From positions 553-64,552 of the forward strand of contig JBBQRF010000003.1 of the NCBI GenBank assembly GCA_038215155.1: DNA of 64,000 nucleotides, given 5' to 3'. The position numbers and the translations under genes were made by a program. Source of the stretch: Minisyncoccia bacterium (GTDB lineage: Bacteria > Patescibacteriota > Minisyncoccia > Phycocordibacterales > CAJBRS01). The notes under the pieces were generated by a model. It had not been told where the DNA came from. It was given only the letters and a program-made list of their open reading frames with translations, and made no database searches. Positions within the stretch are counted from its first letter, which is position 1; every line of letters begins with the position of its first letter. Of this stretch, positions 58,841 to 64,000 are shown piece after piece.

Positions 58841-59399
58841 ATTTGAATTTGTACATGGAGGTCCGAAAATTATTTCGAGGCTCCAAAATCTCAGAGTGAA
58901 AACGATTTTCTCGGTCGTACCACTGCAAGTGCTCGGTTTGAAGAGCGTAACTTCCTCGAACTGCGGGGTGGTAAGTGACGGTAATATTGAAAACCACTTT
59001 CTGGCCTTTAGTGATGTGAAAGCGACCGTTCTCTATCTTAACAGGAGGCTGAATAGTGTAACCGCTTGAGGATTCTCCTTTAACGCCCCGCCTTTTCAAA
59101 AACCAAAAACGTTTTTCAAGGATGGAATAAGTTACTCCGCTCATGTAGGCCACTACTGCGGTGTGACTACGAGCGATTTGAGTTGGAATCCAGATATCGT
59201 CTTTTGCAGGACCGATAGAGAATTGCTGGCGGAACTCGACCCCATTAGAACGCTCGTGTCTTTGAACTACTGAGGTGCCAGTGGTCACAGGCACCTCATT
59301 TTCAGTCCTTGTTTGAGAAGGAATGGCTTGATAGATAGCCCCCGCTAGCACTGGCAAAATAACTAGAGTCACAATCAACATTTTTTTACTGTATTTCAT
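58836..59399 (-). CDS. Hypothetical secreted protein (187 aa)
   Basis: Signal peptide MKYSKKMLIVTLVILPVLAGA. Confidence 0.5.
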   Translation of the reverse strand: MKYSKKMLIVTLVILPVLAGAIYQAIPSQTRTENEVPVTTGTSVVQRHERSNGVEFRQQFSIGPAKDDIWIPTQIARSHTAVVAYMSGVTYSILEKRFWFLKRRGVKGESSSGYTIQPPVKIENGRFHITKGQKVVFNITVTYHPAVRGSYALQTEHLQWYDRENRFHSEILEPRNNFRTSMYKFKF

Positions 59400-59485
59400 T
59401 TAGGATCTTTCTTTTTATATGTAAGCACAAGAGTGGAGTATTTACAAATTCTCTTTTTCTATTATTATTCATGACGGAGTAAAAA

Positions 59486-59884
59486 TTGAAAAAAAACCGA
59501 AAACAAGTTAAACAACGAATTATGACCGTGCCCCCACGATTTCCTGATCCGAAGGTGAAAATGGTAGGCGATCTGCCAAGGCGAAAAGTTTTAACCGGGC
59601 TTCTCATTAACATCGTCAAACGAGATGGAAAAGTGATATCGGAATTACTAGATATTTCTGATTATAATCTTTTAATAGAAGTTTTGGTGGGAGATTGCAC
59701 CATCAGTTATAGGGTAAAATGCGGTACCAATATTAGGTGGCAGTTTAATCTGATTGTTCTCGCCCCGGATGGGAAGGGCCGTCAGGAAGTTTTTGAGATG
59801 AATGGCTATCGTCACGACTCACTTCACATTCACCTTATCTGCCACCATTGCCATGGCGGAGAGTGGGAGAAGAAAATTCTCTAG
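59486..59884 (+). CDS. Hypothetical protein with a C-terminal His/Cys cluster (HIHLICHHCHGG)
   Basis: Start uncertain (internal Met possible). Its stop TAG abuts the ATG of the next ORF. Confidence 0.4.
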   Translation: MKKNRKQVKQRIMTVPPRFPDPKVKMVGDLPRRKVLTGLLINIVKRDGKVISELLDISDYNLLIEVLVGDCTISYRVKCGTNIRWQFNLIVLAPDGKGRQEVFEMNGYRHDSLHIHLICHHCHGGEWEKKIL

Positions 59885-60532
59885 ATGCAACAAGAATTTT
59901 TTCTGCTTGATCAGATCCCTTCTGATGATGACGATAGGGAACTCATTTTAAGCCAGAGATGGCTTTCAGAGGCAGTAAAGCGCTCGGTAGTAGTAGAGTT
60001 TGGGGGCACATGTGGCGTTGGCTCAATTATTGGCAAAACCGTAGTAGTCTCTTCTGTTTTTGCTGAGCTTTTTGATAAAACACATTCAATAGAACCTCTC
60101 TTGCGACCAACCATCCACCAATTCTTTCCGGATGAGGTAGTCTCTCCGATTCAAAAAAGTTGGTATTCTAGTGATTTAAAATTGTGTTTAGTAATTCCAC
60201 AGCATCGTCCACAAGCTCAAAAGTCAGTAGAATGCCGCCCAAAATTAGATGAGTATCTCATATTGGTCAATGCCATTTCAGATCCTCGAGTTCTTTGTTT
60301 GAAGAAATGTGGCAGGGAGTCTGTCGAGTATTTCTCCAAGCGCCTCTCCCTGATCAAAATTGATGTAGAGACAGGCATTCCAGCAAGTTTTATCTACCGC
60401 TTGAACGGAGATGTAGCCGGAGTTGCTATTGCTTCTACCAGGGATGATAAGGTGCTAGCTTTGCCAATATATGAACTTATGTGCCTCTACTATGGTCAGT
60501 TAAGCTCCCTCAGAGAAATGAATGCCATCTGA
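59885..60532 (+). CDS. Hypothetical protein (215 aa), translationally coupled to the upstream ORF
   Basis: TAG-ATG junction at 59882-59887. A terminator follows at 60566-60596. Confidence 0.5.
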   Translation: MQQEFFLLDQIPSDDDDRELILSQRWLSEAVKRSVVVEFGGTCGVGSIIGKTVVVSSVFAELFDKTHSIEPLLRPTIHQFFPDEVVSPIQKSWYSSDLKLCLVIPQHRPQAQKSVECRPKLDEYLILVNAISDPRVLCLKKCGRESVEYFSKRLSLIKIDVETGIPASFIYRLNGDVAGVAIASTRDDKVLALPIYELMCLYYGQLSSLREMNAI

Positions 60533-60565
60533 AGAGCAGCTTCATTGAAAAACTTTCTCACATTC

Positions 60566-60596
60566 CGCTGCGCGCATCCTCGCGCAGCTTTTTATT
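60566..60596 (+). terminator. Rho-independent terminator (ctgcgcg catcct cgcgcag + tttttattt)
   Basis: Read directly from the sequence. Confidence 0.75.
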
Positions 60597-60620
60597 TAAA
60601 TAAAAAGCTCCTTAAATTAA

Positions 60621-61118
60621 ATGTTATTATTCTTCTATATGTCTATGGAAACACCAGAAGAAGGAGGTGGGGGAATTGAGGATTTTGACTGGAAGCATTT
60701 GGGTATGTCGGAAGAAGAGAAGATCCAATCGTGTCTTGATGAGTTGGGTGAATTTAACAAAAACCCGGAACCTCGCAAAGATGAAATAGAGAATATGTTA
60801 ATAGAGACTAGTAAATGGGTTATTCGGTATGAAAAGAATCCGGATCCTAAAGTTAAGGATGAATTAATGCCCGCCATTGCGGCTAATCAAGTAAATTTAG
60901 CGGACAAATATTTAAATATTTTCATCAATTTGGATGATGTAAGTCTTTATGAATGCCAAATTATGCAAGGTTGTTTAGACATGTTGAACCGTAATATGAA
61001 CTTACTGATTGCCACAGAAAAGAACCAACCCGAAAAATTGAAAATTGAAATTTTAGATAAAGTTGATAAAGCTATGTTAATAATTAGCGTTAATTATCCA
61101 GAAGTTTTAGGACGATGA
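60621..61118 (+). CDS. Hypothetical protein (165 aa, probably all-alpha)
   Basis: ORF only. A 4-nt overlap (ATGA) with the next gene implies an operon. Confidence 0.45.
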   Translation: MLLFFYMSMETPEEGGGGIEDFDWKHLGMSEEEKIQSCLDELGEFNKNPEPRKDEIENMLIETSKWVIRYEKNPDPKVKDELMPAIAANQVNLADKYLNIFINLDDVSLYECQIMQGCLDMLNRNMNLLIATEKNQPEKLKIEILDKVDKAMLIISVNYPEVLGR

Positions 61119-61783
61119 ACTATAATAATTTTAAATTAAAAGAGGTAGCGCAGCTGGTAGGGCAAGATATTTTAAAGTGTTTTAGGGGCCGCAATTTGCT
61201 CTGGCAAATTGCGGCCATCCTCCTAACCTATCTTCTAGTCATTAGTGGGGTGGATTGGAAGTACTACCAATATTTTCAAAATTCATCCTTAACTACTTTG
61301 TTTTTTTCCGCTGCTCTGGTAGGGTTTTTAGTTCCAGTTTTTTTGCCCATCATTATTTATACTGCAGGATCAATTAAAAGTAATGGTTTTTTGCTTCGGC
61401 TCAGTTTTGCCATCGTTGAAGTAGAGATTCTCAGCTGGTTAATATCTTTTTTCTATAAAATGTTTACTGGCCGGGCTCATCCAGAATTCGGTGGATTGAC
61501 CGACATAAGTCAGGTTTTCCATTTTGGCATCTCTCGGGGAGGTATTTTCTGGGGCTGGCCATCTTCTCACACCGCTGTAGCCTTTGCTTTGGCCGCCCTT
61601 TTAGCCACTGTTTACTGCAGTCGCTATTTTTGGCGGACTAGTTTTTATCTCTATGCCTTTTACATTGGCTTGTCAGTGGCGGCCACCATTCATTGGTTTT
61701 CTGATTTTGTGGCCGGAGCTATTATCGGCACTATCATTGGTCAAGTAGTAGGGAAAAGATTTTTAAGATCGTTTAAAGATTAA
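61115..61783 (+). CDS. PAP2-family membrane phosphatase
   Basis: KMFTGRAHP (KX6RP-like), WPSSH (PSGH-like), SR...IHWFSDFVAG (SRX5HX3D-like), 5-6 TM helices. Confidence 0.6.
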   Translation: MNYNNFKLKEVAQLVGQDILKCFRGRNLLWQIAAILLTYLLVISGVDWKYYQYFQNSSLTTLFFSAALVGFLVPVFLPIIIYTAGSIKSNGFLLRLSFAIVEVEILSWLISFFYKMFTGRAHPEFGGLTDISQVFHFGISRGGIFWGWPSSHTAVAFALAALLATVYCSRYFWRTSFYLYAFYIGLSVAATIHWFSDFVAGAIIGTIIGQVVGKRFLRSFKD

Positions 61784-62886
61784 TGAGCACTTCGCTTGAA
61801 AAATTAGGTAATTGGTATTGGAAATACGAACGGCATTTATCATCACTAGGATTAATCAGTGGTTTTCTGTTTGATATTTTCACTTTAACTCGAGTAGATA
61901 AACCTTTGGAAAATGTCTGGATTGGCTTCCATATCTTTGTAGCAGCTGTGGCTATTATTTTCCTTAATCTATATGAAGAAGGAAGATTGAAAGCTAAAGT
62001 GCCTGGAAGGGCTCATTTCTGGTGGACTTTCGTCATTCAGTTTGCTTTCGGGGGACTATTTAGTGTTTATTTAGTTTTTTATTCTCGCAGTGCTCATTTT
62101 TTTTCCAGTTGGCCATTTCTCTTACTTTTGTTTTTGAATTTCCTAGCCAATGAACGATTGCGTGATAAGTACACGCGCGCCAGCTTCCAGGCAACCATGC
62201 TATTTCTAAGTATTCTTTTTTACGCCATTTATATAGTGCCAATTTTCGTTGGTACAATTTCCAGCCGAGTTTTTCTGATGAGTGGAATAATTAGCCTGGC
62301 TCTTATGGGCGGTTTTGTTTTATTGCTGATGACGTTATCACCGCAAAGGATGAGGCAAGAAAAATGGATTATTATTCCGGCTGTGCTGCTCTCATACCTT
62401 TTGATCACCATTCTTTACTTTAGCCACCTCATTCCACCCATACCACTATCCTTAAAAGATGCGGGAGTTTATCACTCCATTACTCGCGATAGTACCTCGG
62501 GAAATTATTTAGTGACAGAAGAAGTCGTCGATAATCTCAGTTGGTATGAATATTTTTTCCCAAATAATTCTATAAAACTAGTACCTGGAGAATCAGCCTA
62601 CGTTTTTAGTTCTATTTTTGCTCCGACTAAATTTTCTGCTGGCATTGTTCATCGCTGGCAACGCTATGATCCAGATAAGAAATTATGGACGACAGAAAGT
62701 ATTGTGCCGCTTCAAATCTTTGGCGGTCGTGATAATGGTTTTCGTACCTATTCCTACAAAAGTAATTTAGCATCTGGACGATGGAGGGTGAAGGTGGAGA
62801 CGGCAGAAGGGCAGGTGATTGGTCGGCTCGACTTCGTCGCCGAGCCGACCTCCTACACCCCATTGCTCCAAGAAGTCTCGAAATAA
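61783..62886 (+). CDS. Membrane protein with an extracytoplasmic C-terminal domain (DUF2914-like)
   Basis: About 7 TM helices then a roughly 150-aa beta-rich domain. Its start overlaps the PAP2 stop by 1 nt. Confidence 0.5.
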   Translation: MSTSLEKLGNWYWKYERHLSSLGLISGFLFDIFTLTRVDKPLENVWIGFHIFVAAVAIIFLNLYEEGRLKAKVPGRAHFWWTFVIQFAFGGLFSVYLVFYSRSAHFFSSWPFLLLLFLNFLANERLRDKYTRASFQATMLFLSILFYAIYIVPIFVGTISSRVFLMSGIISLALMGGFVLLLMTLSPQRMRQEKWIIIPAVLLSYLLITILYFSHLIPPIPLSLKDAGVYHSITRDSTSGNYLVTEEVVDNLSWYEYFFPNNSIKLVPGESAYVFSSIFAPTKFSAGIVHRWQRYDPDKKLWTTESIVPLQIFGGRDNGFRTYSYKSNLASGRWRVKVETAEGQVIGRLDFVAEPTSYTPLLQEVSK

Positions 62887-62913
62887 AAAACGGCTCCTCC
62901 TTCAGGCTAGCCG

Positions 62914-63216
62914 TTAATTCCTACCGTTACCGGTTCGTTCTTGGAAAGTTGCTTCTCGAGTAAAAAGTTTTAGAAGCTTTTTACTGACGGGAATAACTTC
63001 AGGGGTTTCCGGTACATTGCTCATATTGAGCTCCTTGATTAGTCCTTGAGCTTCTTCAGAGCTAATTCGCTTAAAGTGAAGCAATTCTTCAATGCTATCT
63101 CTGGCGTCGCCCTTACTAAAGAAGAAGACTTCTAAAAATTGATCGTCCAGAAAGTAATTAATTTTACCTCCAGAACCCGTAAACTCAATTGTGGGAGGTA
63201 TACTCATCCTGCCCAT
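62914..63216 (-). CDS. Hypothetical protein (100 aa)
   Basis: ORF only. Confidence 0.35.
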   Translation of the reverse strand: MGRMSIPPTIEFTGSGGKINYFLDDQFLEVFFFSKGDARDSIEELLHFKRISSEEAQGLIKELNMSNVPETPEVIPVSKKLLKLFTREATFQERTGNGRN

Positions 63217-63260
63217 ATATTAGGTCAGCTAAAGGAATTTGCAAATGGTATAATTTAGCT

Positions 63261-63647
63261 ATGAAAACTGACGACGAATTAAAAAAAGAAAATCCCGAGC
63301 TCTACCGGGTGGCGCGGGAAAAGGGAACGGAGATGCCTGGAACAGGACCCTACCTTCATTCTAAAGAAAAAGGCATGTATAAATGCGCCATTTGCCAGGC
63401 CCCGCTTTTTCCTTCCGATGTAAAATTTGATTCGGGAAGTGGTTGGCCCAGTTTCTATGAGGCCCTACCAGGTGCGGTGAGATTGGAAGAAGATTCGAGT
63501 CTCGGCACTACCAGAACGGAAGTAACCTGCACTAATTGCGGGGCGCATCTTGGGCACGTCTTTAATGATGCTCCTCAAACTCCCACCGGCGCCCGCTATT
63601 GTATAAATGGGGTCTGCCTTGATTTAGAAAAAGAAGAAGGAGTATAA
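63261..63647 (+). CDS. msrB: Peptide-methionine (R)-S-oxide reductase MsrB
   Basis: CAIC...SGWPSF...CTNCGAHLGHVF...YCINGVCL (SelR zinc and catalytic Cys motifs). The ORF track opens at 63189; the internal Met at 63261 gives the canonical length. Confidence 0.85.
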   Translation: MKTDDELKKENPELYRVAREKGTEMPGTGPYLHSKEKGMYKCAICQAPLFPSDVKFDSGSGWPSFYEALPGAVRLEEDSSLGTTRTEVTCTNCGAHLGHVFNDAPQTPTGARYCINGVCLDLEKEEGV

Positions 63648-63655
63648 TTTAAACT

Positions 63656-63958
63656 ATGGAAACTATCTTTGCTTACGGTACCTTGAAAGACCCTAAGGTT
63701 CAGCAGGAAATTATCGGCCGAAAAGTTTTGGGTACGCCCGATCATCTGGATGGTTGTATTAAATCTCATTTTCAACATGGCGACCGCAAAACCTACCCCG
63801 TCATTATTTGTCCCATTGATGGACACGGAGTGGACGGGGTTACTCTAGAAGTATCCGGGGAGGAATTAAAAAGAATTGATCATTACGAAGAAGATTTCTA
63901 TCGTCGTCAAAAGGTAAGATTAAAGAGTGGGGTAGAGGCGTGGACTTACGTTAAGTAG
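63656..63958 (+). CDS. Gamma-glutamylcyclotransferase-like (AIG2/GGCT fold) protein
   Basis: IFAYGTLKDPKVQQEIIGR...YRRQKV...AWTYV. Confidence 0.7.
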   Translation: METIFAYGTLKDPKVQQEIIGRKVLGTPDHLDGCIKSHFQHGDRKTYPVIICPIDGHGVDGVTLEVSGEELKRIDHYEEDFYRRQKVRLKSGVEAWTYVK

Positions 63959-64000
63959 AGGAGCGTGTGGTGTTCTCGCATCTAGAATACTATAGCTTCG

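Overview
Low-GC, gene-dense bacterial fragment that looks like a Candidate Phyla Radiation (Patescibacteria) genome. The basis is a 16S rRNA with CPR-typical primer-site mismatches, an expansion insert, and a 3' tail that appears to lack CCUCC. Few genes have a Shine-Dalgarno sequence, and several start codons sit directly behind a -10 box, which implies leaderless mRNAs. The window begins inside a delta-60-repeat/peptidoglycan-binding surface protein, followed by a Phd/YefM-RelE toxin-antitoxin pair. Next is an unlinked 16S rRNA gene with no 23S downstream. Its former spacer is broken up: tRNA-Ile, then a TerC-family gene, then tRNA-Leu, then a mismatched tRNA-Ala-like gene. Housekeeping genes follow: Mpl, RadC, RsmI and a VirD4/TraD-like ATPase. 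A roughly 17 kb surface-glycan locus spans 13.2-30.7 kb. It carries a GT2, two GT11 fucosyltransferases, a GT4-like gene, five or more methyltransferases, DegT, an epimerase/dehydratase, a nucleotide-sugar dehydrogenase, Wzx and a Wzy/O-antigen-ligase-TPR protein. Further on are an orphan histidine kinase, a SWIB protein, an Asn-rich surface protein with a VPATG sorting signal, a cupredoxin next to a membrane-FNR fusion and an orphan HlyD-like adaptor, DinB, a CAP-domain protein, a CdaA-YbbR fusion, RNase J, GroES/EL, HtpX and MsrB. Downstream of tRNA-Ser(GGA) is an 18-nt direct repeat of the tRNA 3' end, then a tRNA 3' fragment and a run of hypothetical genes, which looks like an integration scar. 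No CRISPR array, integrase, transposase or reverse transcriptase was seen. The candidates most worth follow-up are the methylation-heavy fucose glycan locus, the cupredoxin/RnfD-like-FNR/MFP module, the 16S/translation-initiation oddities, a 53-aa ORF in the rRNA spacer, and the tRNA-Ser-adjacent module. All calls come from reading motifs by eye; no searches were run.
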